Positions 39,669 through 48,514 of a stretch of 64,000 nt of DNA are shown here, piece after piece. The notes beneath the pieces are model-generated. The model had not been told where the DNA came from. It searched no databases and worked only from the letters and a program-made list of their open reading frames with translations. A program made the translations under genes and the position numbers. The stretch comes from a virus: the IMG/VR virus record IMGVR_UViG_3300032753_001573, positions 91,689-155,688 of that record. One strand, 5' to 3'. Numbering within the stretch: position 1 is the first letter of the stretch; the number at the start of each line of letters is the position of its first letter.

Positions 39669-40052
39669 ATGAAACAGTTGGTTGCAAACATAGTGTATTG
39701 GGATGATGATCATCGCAGACGAGCTATGAAGAGTTTTACATCATTCCTTGTAGAGATGCAAGGCATCATTAACGACGGGAAATTTATATGTGGTGAATGC
39801 AGCGGTCGTGGCAGTATGATACCAGATGACGAATACGCAGATCCGGTTGAGGGTTATAAATTTGCCAGAAGGATTAATTGCCCAACTTGCAATGGTTCAA
39901 AATATGTGACAGAAAAATTCTGGCGCGACTATTTCAAGCAAGAAAAAGCCAAATGGTCTGAGAGAGAAGCTGAAAGAAAACATACAGAACTGATTCGCAA
40001 ACAGGCGTTGAAGAAACTAACCAAAGAAGAACGCGAAGTGTTGGGACTCTGA
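39669..40052 (+). CDS. protein with DnaJ-type CxxCxGxG zinc motifs
   Basis: CGECSGRG, CPTCNGS; C-terminal ALKKLTKEEREVLGL. Confidence 0.7.
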   Translation: MKQLVANIVYWDDDHRRRAMKSFTSFLVEMQGIINDGKFICGECSGRGSMIPDDEYADPVEGYKFARRINCPTCNGSKYVTEKFWRDYFKQEKAKWSEREAERKHTELIRKQALKKLTKEEREVLGL

Positions 40053-40071
40053 GCAATACCATAAATATGGT

Positions 40072-40620
40072 ATGAGCAACGATCTTAGTTTTAGTGGTAG
40101 CTGCGAACATAGTTTGATAGCTAGCAAAGTTTGGCTATTCAAACACCTTCCAAACATTACCTATAAAAAAGTTTATGTGTTAGGCAGTTGGTATGGCAAT
40201 ATGGGATTGATTCTAGGCCTATTGGGTTTAGACTTCAAAAGTATCGTAAATGTAGAAACTAATGAAAAATATTGCAAGGATAACAAGAAGATCTATCAGC
40301 TTGCAGGATTTGATATACCGTATCGTATATTGCATGCAGATTGCAATAAAATCAACTATGATGATGCAGATTTAGTTATAAACACCAGCACCAATGATAT
40401 CAAAACTCACGAATGGTTGCGCAATGTGCCCAAAGGCTGCACGGTTGCCATACAGTGCAGGAATGAGCAACCCTATGCTAAATCTATGGATAGACCTAAT
40501 GATTTTGAAGATTTCTTAAAGCTATATGATCTCGGCAAAGTTATCTATAAGGGCAAGATGAATATGCGAGACGCTGATAATCCTCCGTATTCTAGATACA
40601 TGCTGATTGGTACTAAATGA
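40072..40620 (+). CDS. class I SAM-dependent methyltransferase-like protein
   Basis: SKVWL, VLGSWYG, LVINTS, RYMLIG.K. Confidence 0.7.
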   Translation: MSNDLSFSGSCEHSLIASKVWLFKHLPNITYKKVYVLGSWYGNMGLILGLLGLDFKSIVNVETNEKYCKDNKKIYQLAGFDIPYRILHADCNKINYDDADLVINTSTNDIKTHEWLRNVPKGCTVAIQCRNEQPYAKSMDRPNDFEDFLKLYDLGKVIYKGKMNMRDADNPPYSRYMLIGTK

Positions 40621-40654
40621 CCCATTGATAATTTATTAGTTTATAGTATAATTA

Positions 40655-40858
40655 GTGATGAAATCCTGGGAAGAAATATCAGCTATAGGTATAAATTTTA
40701 GCTTGGCCCATGACAAATATTCTCAAAATGAATATGAGATACTAGACTGGTGTGAGGAAAACGGAGTCTGGATATACTTTTTTAGTTTTGGAGAGTATCA
40801 TGTTTTTTGGTTTACGACTGAGCAGGACAAAATTGAATTCAAAATGAGATGGGAATAA
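40655..40858 (+). CDS. hypothetical protein
   Basis: WCEEN...F....DK..FKMRW motif. Confidence 0.6.
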   Translation: MMKSWEEISAIGINFSLAHDKYSQNEYEILDWCEENGVWIYFFSFGEYHVFWFTTEQDKIEFKMRWE

Positions 40859-40921
40859 CACAATCAGATTGTGGTTGACAGTATCTATATAGATGCTAGT
40901 TTATAAACATGATGGAGATTT

Positions 40922-43049
40922 TTGATGACATCGGTTGATAGTGCATTTACCATTACAGCTTCTGGTCGTGCATTCAAAGTGCTGAGCGACGGACTTTATT
41001 CTGACAAGATTTCTGCTGTGATCCGAGAGCTCAGTTGCAATGCCTATGACAGTCACGTAGCAGCAAACAAAGTAGATGTACCATTTGAAATTCATTTGCC
41101 TAGCGATAACGAACCTTGGTTCAGCGTACAAGATTATGGTCTTGGTATTAGCGACGCAGATATTCACAGCATTTACACTAGGTATTTTACCAGCACCAAA
41201 GTTGGTAATAGCAATCAGATAGGTGAGCTTGGCCTCGGTAGCAAAAGTCCATTTAGTCTAGTTCGAGAATTTGAAGTTACCAGTATTCATAACGGTACTT
41301 GTAGCAGGTATCGAATGTATTTTGATGACAGCGATACTCCGCGAGTACAGTTAGTAGAACAGAAGCCAACTACTGACGGCAACGGCCTGCAGGTCAAATT
41401 CACTGTACCCAATTACCATGATAGATTAGAATTTGAATCCAAAGCAATTAATGTTCTGCGATGGTTCAAAACTACACCCATAGTCAAGCTTGAACAGGCG
41501 ATTGTAGAGATTGAAAATCTCACAGTCAACATCAACTCCAATGGTTGGGGATTGCAGCCCAATGTTTCTAGATATGCAATGCCCTATGCACTTATGGGTA
41601 ACGTAGCATATCTATTGGAAAAGAGCAGCATCAAGGGCAATGACGATCATGCGTTCAGTGTATTGCGCCTGCCGCTGATTGTGCGGTTTGATATTGGTGA
41701 GCTAGAAGTGGCTGCTAGCAGAGAAGGGTTAGGCTACGATGATCGCACTTGCAATAACCTAAAAACTCGGTTGATTGCTGTCTATAATGATATCCACCAG
41801 CAGTATGCTGATAAAATTAGTTCAGCTGATACAGAATGGGATGCTCGTTCAATCTGGAACCAATATCTTGGCGAAAATGTTGACTTCCGTTGGGAGTTGC
41901 ATGAAATTTTTTCTAATCGTGTTTTTAAGTGGCGCGGGGTTGAAATCAAAAACAAGTACAAGATTATAGATCTCACTAAGTTTTATTCAGCTGCTAGCAT
42001 AAACAAGAATAACACCGTACGATGGATTCATCGCGGCGATATTGCCATGCATCGTGTGCGCCAGAATGACTTCAAAAAGCATAGTGTGAGTTGCACCAAT
42101 GACGTTAAGATCGTCTTTGATGATTTGCCTCGTAATGGGGCCAAGAGAGTAAAGCATTGGCTATCCAACTGCAAAGAAAATATAAAGGTATATCTCTATT
42201 CGCAACCAGATGTTTATAGTAAGCCAGCAGACGGTTGGCCAGCTCTGTATCAAGATTTGGGGTGTCCAGAGATCATTTGGACTAGTGAACTTGAAGCTCC
42301 GCCTGTTACAAAACGCAACAGGAAGCCGGTCAAGATGTTAAAGTTTGGTACCGATGTCTGGCGTCATGTTTGGCAGGAGGTTGACATTGACCTATCCAAA
42401 GGCGGATTTTATATTGACAAGGATCGCAATGATCCGATAATAGAAGATGGTTTTAAGGTCTCACTTAGCTCAGTTGTATCTAAGGCCAAAGAGCTTGGAT
42501 TGTTGACGGAATTTCCTGACATTTACTCGAGCAATAAATCTACTTTGAAAAAGATCAGTAAGATGAAAAATTGGGTAAACATTATCTCATATTTGAGGGA
42601 AAAGTTCTCTGAATTAATTTCAAGTGAAGACTATTGGGCTGATCATATTGCTACATCTGAACTGCTCAACAATATTAGAAGTAGCATGCCTGTTCGAGAT
42701 TTCTTCCTTTATCGCTGGGATCTACGAGATGAAAATAGTGCTATGAAGAAGTTGTTGACCATCTATCATGAATGGTCGTCAAAGATTAATACAGGTCAAA
42801 TGGAAAAAAATTGTTAACTTCTCTAGAAGTTTGGATATTGATTTGAATGTTCAACAGGGCAAAACAGATACCAGGATATCGGATGCGTTTGCTGAATTCA
42901 AGCACCGTTATCCTATGTTGAAGATGTTAAATTATTCAAGCTTCAATTCATCGTTTAATGTAGTCAACGATTATATCAACATAGTTGATATGTCTTGGGT
43001 TTATTTTGAACTCAGCCGTCCAATGCCAACCGTTGAAGAAGATGATTAA
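40922..43049 (+). pseudogene. rIIA: rIIA-like GHKL protein, split by an A7 tract (42804-42810) into ORFs 40922-42817 and 42768-43049
   Basis: AFKVLSDGLYSDKISAVIRELSCNAYDSH, QDYGLG, GLGSKSPF, F.IGELE..ASREGL.Y; removing one A gives MEKIVNFSRS and fuses the ORFs. Confidence 0.8.
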
Positions 43050-43130
43050 TATTAGTTGTTAATTAATTTGGTAATCGCTTAGATTCTAAGTATACTGAAT
43101 TTAGGATTCTAGTAAATAGGTGATTACCAA

Positions 43131-43844
43131 ATGGAATTAACACAGGATCAGATCAAGAAACTACAGTCTGCTCGTATACATTTCTGTATTCCGGCATACG
43201 GTGGGCAGATAAATGAAGGTACTTTCATCAGCATGTTGAAGTACATGGCTACCGCTCAACGTTTTGGCCTTAACTTTACTATAGATACTATGGTCAACGA
43301 GAGCTTGGTGTGCCGCGCTCGCAATAGTTTAGTTGCCAAGATGTTGTATTTTGAGCCCAAGAGCACACACCTAATGTTTGTTGATGCTGACATTGGATTT
43401 GAACCAGAAGAGATCTTCAAGCTTATATTAGCTGATAAGGATGTAGTAGGCGGATTGTATCCCAAGAAGGCTCTACCGATCAACTATGTAGTCAACAAGA
43501 TCCCCGGAGCGCAGAAGCAAGGTAACCTAGTTCAGGTGTCAAACCTCGGAACTGGTTTTATGATGATACGTCGCAGTGTTTTGGAAAGCATGATTGCCAA
43601 GCATCCAGAATTGCACTATGTTGATGCTATCGGTCTTGATCCAAAGTATGATCCGTTCAAGTATGCTCTTTTCGATACAGAGATTGATCCCAACACCAAA
43701 GAATATATGTCGGAAGATTATACATTCTGCAAGCGATGGAGAGACATGGGCGGAAGTATATGGGCAGATCTCAGTATCACCCTCAACCACATTGGATATT
43801 TTACCTTCCGCGGAGACGCAACTCAGTTGCAACCCCACCTTTGA
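43131..43844 (+). CDS. GT-A fold glycosyltransferase-like protein
   Basis: PAYGG, NESLVCRARN, FVDADI, GGLYPKK, GTGFMMI, SEDYTFC.RWR. Confidence 0.8.
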   Translation: MELTQDQIKKLQSARIHFCIPAYGGQINEGTFISMLKYMATAQRFGLNFTIDTMVNESLVCRARNSLVAKMLYFEPKSTHLMFVDADIGFEPEEIFKLILADKDVVGGLYPKKALPINYVVNKIPGAQKQGNLVQVSNLGTGFMMIRRSVLESMIAKHPELHYVDAIGLDPKYDPFKYALFDTEIDPNTKEYMSEDYTFCKRWRDMGGSIWADLSITLNHIGYFTFRGDATQLQPHL

Positions 43845-43848
43845 TGTT

Positions 43849-43883
43849 AATGCGGGCGGCAATCAATTGCCGCCCGCATTCTT
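43849..43883 (+). terminator. intrinsic terminator
   Basis: AATGCGGGCGGCAAT-CA-ATTGCCGCCCGCATT. Confidence 0.8.
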
Positions 43884-43969
43884 ATCTTCTGCTGCACCAT
43901 TTTAAAATATAGGTTGACAGCGCCCATGTAGATGCTATCGTGCAGCATAGACATTGAGGAGTTATGCAA

Positions 43970-44161
43970 ATGGCTAGCAGCTACATTCTCGGTAATAAAA
44001 CTGAAACTTATGTGGTTCGTGTTAGCGATACAGGTCGCGGTAAAAGGACAATTGAAAACCGTGAATTTGCTGATTACCACAAAGCCCTGCACTTCTGCAA
44101 CGCTATGGAAGCCAAGTATGGCTCCAAATATATCGTAGACTTTGACACCAAATTCAAGTGA
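43970..44161 (+). CDS. hypothetical early protein
   Basis: Own promoter and GAGGAG RBS. Confidence 0.7.
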   Translation: MASSYILGNKTETYVVRVSDTGRGKRTIENREFADYHKALHFCNAMEAKYGSKYIVDFDTKFK

Positions 44162-44258
44162 AATATTGCTAAAATATCTAATGATTTCAATTGGATCTTT
44201 TTGGTTGACAGCCCCTGTATAGATGCTATTATACGGGTATAGAGCAAGGAGTTAACAC

Positions 44259-44516
44259 ATGTACAATGTGGATAAGATTGGACTCAACCTTGGTGACAGG
44301 GTTCGCTGGGAAAGCGCTGAGGGCACTCTCCGAGGAGAGGTTGTTGGCATGAGTTTGGCTAAGAATGCCGCCGGAAAGGTTATCCCTTGGATCACTGTGG
44401 AATACATCCGCAACAACCGAAATGTACAGACTATTCTTTGTGGTACAGAAGGTTACCTCAAGATGATGAAATTTACTGTGATTTTTCGTGATAAAAATAA
44501 TCTTTTTGCTGCCTGA
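44259..44516 (+). CDS. hypothetical early protein
   Basis: Own promoter and AAGGAG RBS. Confidence 0.75.
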   Translation: MYNVDKIGLNLGDRVRWESAEGTLRGEVVGMSLAKNAAGKVIPWITVEYIRNNRNVQTILCGTEGYLKMMKFTVIFRDKNNLFAA

Positions 44517-44579
44517 AAACGGTTGACAGCGCCTATATAGGTGCTATTATGCGGGTACAGAGCAAGGAGCTAGCACAGC

Positions 44580-45362
44580 ATGCAAGTTACCGAACGCATC
44601 GAACAGGTCCGCAAGCGTTGCACTGAAGTTATCGCCAATATCAAAACCTTGTATGGTATTGATTGTTCTAATGTACAGATCCGTTTTGACCTCCGAGGCA
44701 GGGTTGCAGGCATGGCAGGTTGCCGCTTCAACTTTTTTGGAGGCAGCACGTTTGATCATTTTGTCCGTTTCAATGTTGATATGATTGCTAATGATAGCTA
44801 TGATCATATCATCAATGATACTGTCCCACATGAATTTGCTCATATTGTTTGTTATATGAATCCCCTGCTGGGTCGCAATCATGACGCAGGATGGAAGAAG
44901 GTTTGTATGGCGTTGGGCGGTTCAGGCGAGCGCTGCCACAGTGAGAAGGTTTCTTACGCCAAAGGCAAGACCTTCCAGTATCTCACTACAGTTGGACGTT
45001 TGGTTACGGTGAGCGAGAATAGGCACCGTAAGATTCAGTCGGGTGTAACCTATCGTGTCTAGCGCGGTGGTGGCGCTATTAACAAGATGTGCAAGTGGTC
45101 AATATTTGGACAGCCTCTCAACGTTGCCATTGCCGAAGCTCCTGCTGCACCAGTTGCCAAGAAGGTCGTTCAGCCAGCGCCTCGTACTGAACAAGTCAAG
45201 GCGAGCGGTGTTAGCAAGGCCACTCGAGTGCGTGAGTTTATTGCACAGGCCAAGAAGAGCAACCAAACTCAGCAGCATGTTGTGGCGATTTGCATTTCGC
45301 AGCTTGGTATGACCCGGGCGCTTGCTGCTACCTACGTTAAGAATAACTGGGACAAGGTTTGA
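44580..45362 (+). pseudogene. SprT-like zinc metalloprotease interrupted by an in-frame TAG at 45060
   Basis: FDLRGRVAGMA, VPHEFAH, NHDAGWK.V...LG; the frame continues RGGGAINKMCKW... to 45362. Confidence 0.75.
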
Positions 45363-45460
45363 GCTATTAACTATAGCGGCAATGTGCCTTTGACACATTT
45401 GCATCTGTGTGTTAATATCAAAATGCGGCAATAACACATCTAACAACAAATGGAGATAAA

Positions 45461-45967
45461 ATTTTTAAGACTATTTTCGCTACGGTATCACTGATGGTAA
45501 TTGCAACGGCAGGTGCATCGGCTTCCAATACGCATGTACAAAAGGCAACCAGTTGTCCGCTACATACTCAGTTTGATAAGGCTACTGTCACTTGCGTACC
45601 TATTGGATCAGTAGATACTGATGATGATACTGTGCAGGACATTTACGTGTACGGTAATAGGCACGGCGACAATACCAATACTGTTTCTAACGGGGGCAAT
45701 GTTAGCTCTGGTGGTAACGGCGGCAATGGCAATTCCGGAGGCAACGGGGGTAATGGAGGCAATAGCAATTCCGGAGGTAATGGCGGAGACGGAGGTAATG
45801 GCGGAGACGGAGGTAACGGCGGAAATGGCGGTAACGGGGGCGACGGCCACGGGCAGGGCGATTGCAACGGCCACGGTGACAACGATGGTAATAGTCATGA
45901 TGGTAGCCATGGTGATGGTCACGGCGAGGGCAGCGGCCACGGCAACGGCCATAGCGGGCATCGCTAA
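45461..45967 (+). CDS. secreted Gly/Asn/His-rich low-complexity protein; probable start is ATT 45461
   Basis: GGAG 5 nt before an in-frame ATT, giving signal peptide (M)FKTIFATVSLMVIATAGASA; GGNGGD repeats; His-rich tail. Confidence 0.65.
   Translation: MFKTIFATVSLMVIATAGASASNTHVQKATSCPLHTQFDKATVTCVPIGSVDTDDDTVQDIYVYGNRHGDNTNTVSNGGNVSSGGNGGNGNSGGNGGNGGNSNSGGNGGDGGNGGDGGNGGNGGNGGDGHGQGDCNGHGDNDGNSHDGSHGDGHGEGSGHGNGHSGHR
45710..45845 (+). repeat. coding tandem repeats (9/18-nt GGN-GGD units)
   Basis: GGAGGTAATGGCGGAGAC twice plus variants. Confidence 0.8.
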
Positions 45968-45984
45968 TAAGCTATAAACTTTAT

Positions 45985-46016
45985 GATAAGGTGGGGAAAT
46001 CCCACCTTATCATTTT
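45985..46016 (+). terminator. intrinsic terminator
   Basis: ATGATAAGGTGGG-GAAAT-CCCACCTTATCAT-TTT. Confidence 0.85.
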
Positions 46017-46034
46017 ATACAAATTACCGAGGCA

Positions 46035-46247
46035 ATGTTTAAAATGGACAATCAACTGTGCGACAAAGTTATCCTTAGGATTGCCGAGCAAGTGTTAAAT
46101 TTAGATACTCTAGACACACGCAACAGCGATGATCTCGATTTTCGAGATTTGGCTGTGTGGAATATCCGCGCTGCTCTTGAAGCAGCATATGATGCTGGGT
46201 ATCGTGCTGCACAACGCAATACTTCCAATGAGTTCGATAGTGATTGA
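46035..46247 (+). CDS. DUF6900-like protein
   Basis: TLDTRNSDDLDF.DLAVW.IR.ALEAAYDAG. Confidence 0.75.
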   Translation: MFKMDNQLCDKVILRIAEQVLNLDTLDTRNSDDLDFRDLAVWNIRAALEAAYDAGYRAAQRNTSNEFDSD

Positions 46248-46473
46248 GTTTTGGAACCTATCCTCTGAACAGATAGACAGTGGATTAGACTTTATGTATG
46301 ATTCTAGTCTGCGCGCCATGCATCCAGATGATCCTATTCTCGCACTATCATTTGATAGCAGATTTCAAAAGTTAGCACATATGTGGTTAGAATGCGGTCG
46401 AGACATGACTTTGATGCGGTTGAGATACGCAGATGAAATAGAACGTTTGCTACAATATCCTTGGCAAGTATAA
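46240..46473 (+). CDS. hypothetical protein
   Basis: GTG start overlapping the upstream stop region. Confidence 0.5.
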   Translation: MIEFWNLSSEQIDSGLDFMYDSSLRAMHPDDPILALSFDSRFQKLAHMWLECGRDMTLMRLRYADEIERLLQYPWQV

Positions 46474-46483
46474 GTTAAAACAC

Positions 46484-46759
46484 ATGTCAGGATATCCCTG
46501 GGAGTTTGATTATAAGGCGTGGCAGGACGAGAGCATTAAGCTTTCTAATCGACTTATTTCCGTATCTGATATAACTATCCGGAAAGATCTCCAAAAGATG
46601 TATCTAGCTGTTTATGATCTAGCAGTAGATATAACTCGTGAGGAAGTAGAATGCAGGCGCAAACGTCGCCAAAGTTACAAGCATCAAGAGATGCTAAAAA
46701 AATTTGCCGAGATGAAACAGAACTTAATTGAGCACATCACTTGGGCGCTGCTGATGTGA
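46484..46759 (+). CDS. hypothetical protein
   Basis: EEVECRR motif; 91 aa. Confidence 0.65.
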   Translation: MSGYPWEFDYKAWQDESIKLSNRLISVSDITIRKDLQKMYLAVYDLAVDITREEVECRRKRRQSYKHQEMLKKFAEMKQNLIEHITWALLM

Positions 46760-46765
46760 GATGCG

Positions 46766-48514
46766 TTAACCTATGTAGGCAACGCCCCAGCTGTCGTTGG
46801 CATCAAACGTCACCGTGCCTCCGGTTGCCACGACCTGAAGGTTATCACCTGCATTGAGCTTGACGATGCCGCTCACGCCCCAGTGACTGGGTCCGCTGAG
46901 GCTGCCGTTCAGGGTTTCCCAGTAGAGCACGGTGGTGCCGTTGGCAGTATTTGTTTGACCGTTCTTCTTCATGCAGGCACTAGCACTGCTTCCGCCGGAT
47001 ATGCGCAGGTTCATGAATGCGCTGTACAGTCCAGCCACTGGTGCGGTGAACACACCAGTGCTGTTGTTGTAGGCGCTGCCTTGGTTGTAGTCCACGTACT
47101 GGTTGGTTATGGTTGTGGCGGCGGTGAAATTATTGCTGGTGGTGGCTGTGATCCTGACAGCGGGGCGAGTAGGCAGCGTTATACCGTATGATCCTATCTG
47201 TGCCCATTGCGTGAAGCTGCTGGTGCCTCTAAACTGGAACACACCTCCGGCTGACCCACCAGTGCCTAGATCCATGTACATGGTGCTGTAGGTCACGCTG
47301 TTGTCACGCACGGCCATGTTGCCATTCATCAGCAGTGCAACGTTGCCTGCCGCGGCTGATCCCGCTGAAAACGCCACCGACGCGTTGCCCACCATGGTGG
47401 CCTGGCTGGTCACCGTGCCCGTCACGGCCAGCGTGCCCGTTACCGTGAGGTTTGCGTTGCCGTCCAAGGTCATCTTGGTGGCACCCGGCTGGTACCAGCG
47501 GAAGGTGCCGTTGCTGTTGTCTATCTCCCAGTTCTGTGCCGCGTTGCCGTTGGCGAACACCACCCTAGGCGTCTGGCTGCTACCGATGCCGGTGTTGCCT
47601 GCATACACCCCCGCCACCGTGGTGCTCTCGTTGAATGGGCCCGAGAATGATCCGTATCCACCGGCGTTGATGTTGCCTGCTATGCCGACGCCCCCGGCCA
47701 CTATCAGGGCTCCTGTGGTGGTGCTGGTGCTGGTGTTGGTGCTGTTGACGGTGACGTTCTGTCCGAAGCGTCCGTAGGTGTTGCTGACCAGACCGTTGAC
47801 GACCTGCACCCCGTTGCTGGTGCTGCCCGAGTGGTACACGTTGCCGCCCACGTAGAGATCGCCACTGACACCCAAGCCGCCCGTGACCACGACCGCGGCA
47901 TTGGCGGTGCTGGTAGCAGCAGCGTTGCCGCCAATGGTGATGTTGGCCATGAGGGCGGTGCTGCCCAGCTGCGTGATGCTAGCATAGCTGCCAATGGTAC
48001 CGCGTGCTGTAGCCGTTCCTGAGCCAGCGTACACCCTGAGCTTCACGCTTTGGTTGGCGGTGGGTGTATATACCAGTTTGAGGCTGGTGTTGGTGCTTTC
48101 GTTGGTGTTCCGGTTGATGGGTTCAGACAGGCCTGCCACTGATCCGCTGGCGACTAATGATGTGTTGCTGGTGGCGTCCACCCATTGATACAACAGATAA
48201 CCACCACTGAGATCGCTGAATGTGCCCCAGTTTATGTTGGCAAACAGCTCATAGGTCTTGCCGCCAGTGAGGGTAAACACACCTGTGCTGGTGTTATAGG
48301 CTATGCCGTTGGCATATATCTGTGTGTCAAATATGATGTCGGTGTTGATGCCAATGCCTGCGTCGTCCGCGCTGTTGTAGACCTGGCATAGATCAGCCAC
48401 GTAACCTGTTACCGAACGTGTGCGTGTCCAAGCATTGCTGCTGGCGCTCCACTGGTAGGTGATGTTGTTGACCGTGGCCAGCTGACCATCCGAGGGGGGA
48501 TAGGGGAAACTCAT
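46766..48514 (-). CDS. tail-fibre/adhesin protein with a C-terminal C1q-like domain
   Basis: MSFP..P..GQ....NNITYQW, STSTTTGALIVAGGVGIAGN, YNNSTGVFTAPVAGLY, VKLNAGD. Confidence 0.8.
   Translation of the reverse strand: MSFPYPPSDGQLATVNNITYQWSASSNAWTRTRSVTGYVADLCQVYNSADDAGIGINTDIIFDTQIYANGIAYNTSTGVFTLTGGKTYELFANINWGTFSDLSGGYLLYQWVDATSNTSLVASGSVAGLSEPINRNTNESTNTSLKLVYTPTANQSVKLRVYAGSGTATARGTIGSYASITQLGSTALMANITIGGNAAATSTANAAVVVTGGLGVSGDLYVGGNVYHSGSTSNGVQVVNGLVSNTYGRFGQNVTVNSTNTSTSTTTGALIVAGGVGIAGNINAGGYGSFSGPFNESTTVAGVYAGNTGIGSSQTPRVVFANGNAAQNWEIDNSNGTFRWYQPGATKMTLDGNANLTVTGTLAVTGTVTSQATMVGNASVAFSAGSAAAGNVALLMNGNMAVRDNSVTYSTMYMDLGTGGSAGGVFQFRGTSSFTQWAQIGSYGITLPTRPAVRITATTSNNFTAATTITNQYVDYNQGSAYNNSTGVFTAPVAGLYSAFMNLRISGGSSASACMKKNGQTNTANGTTVLYWETLNGSLSGPSHWGVSGIVKLNAGDNLQVVATGGTVTFDANDSWGVAYIG

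Larger units (their letters stand above)
43912..44569 (+). repeat. three near-identical early promoter-RBS cassettes (43912, 44203, 44521)
   Basis: GGTTGACAGC...TAG(A/G)TGCTAT...AGGAG. Confidence 0.85.
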
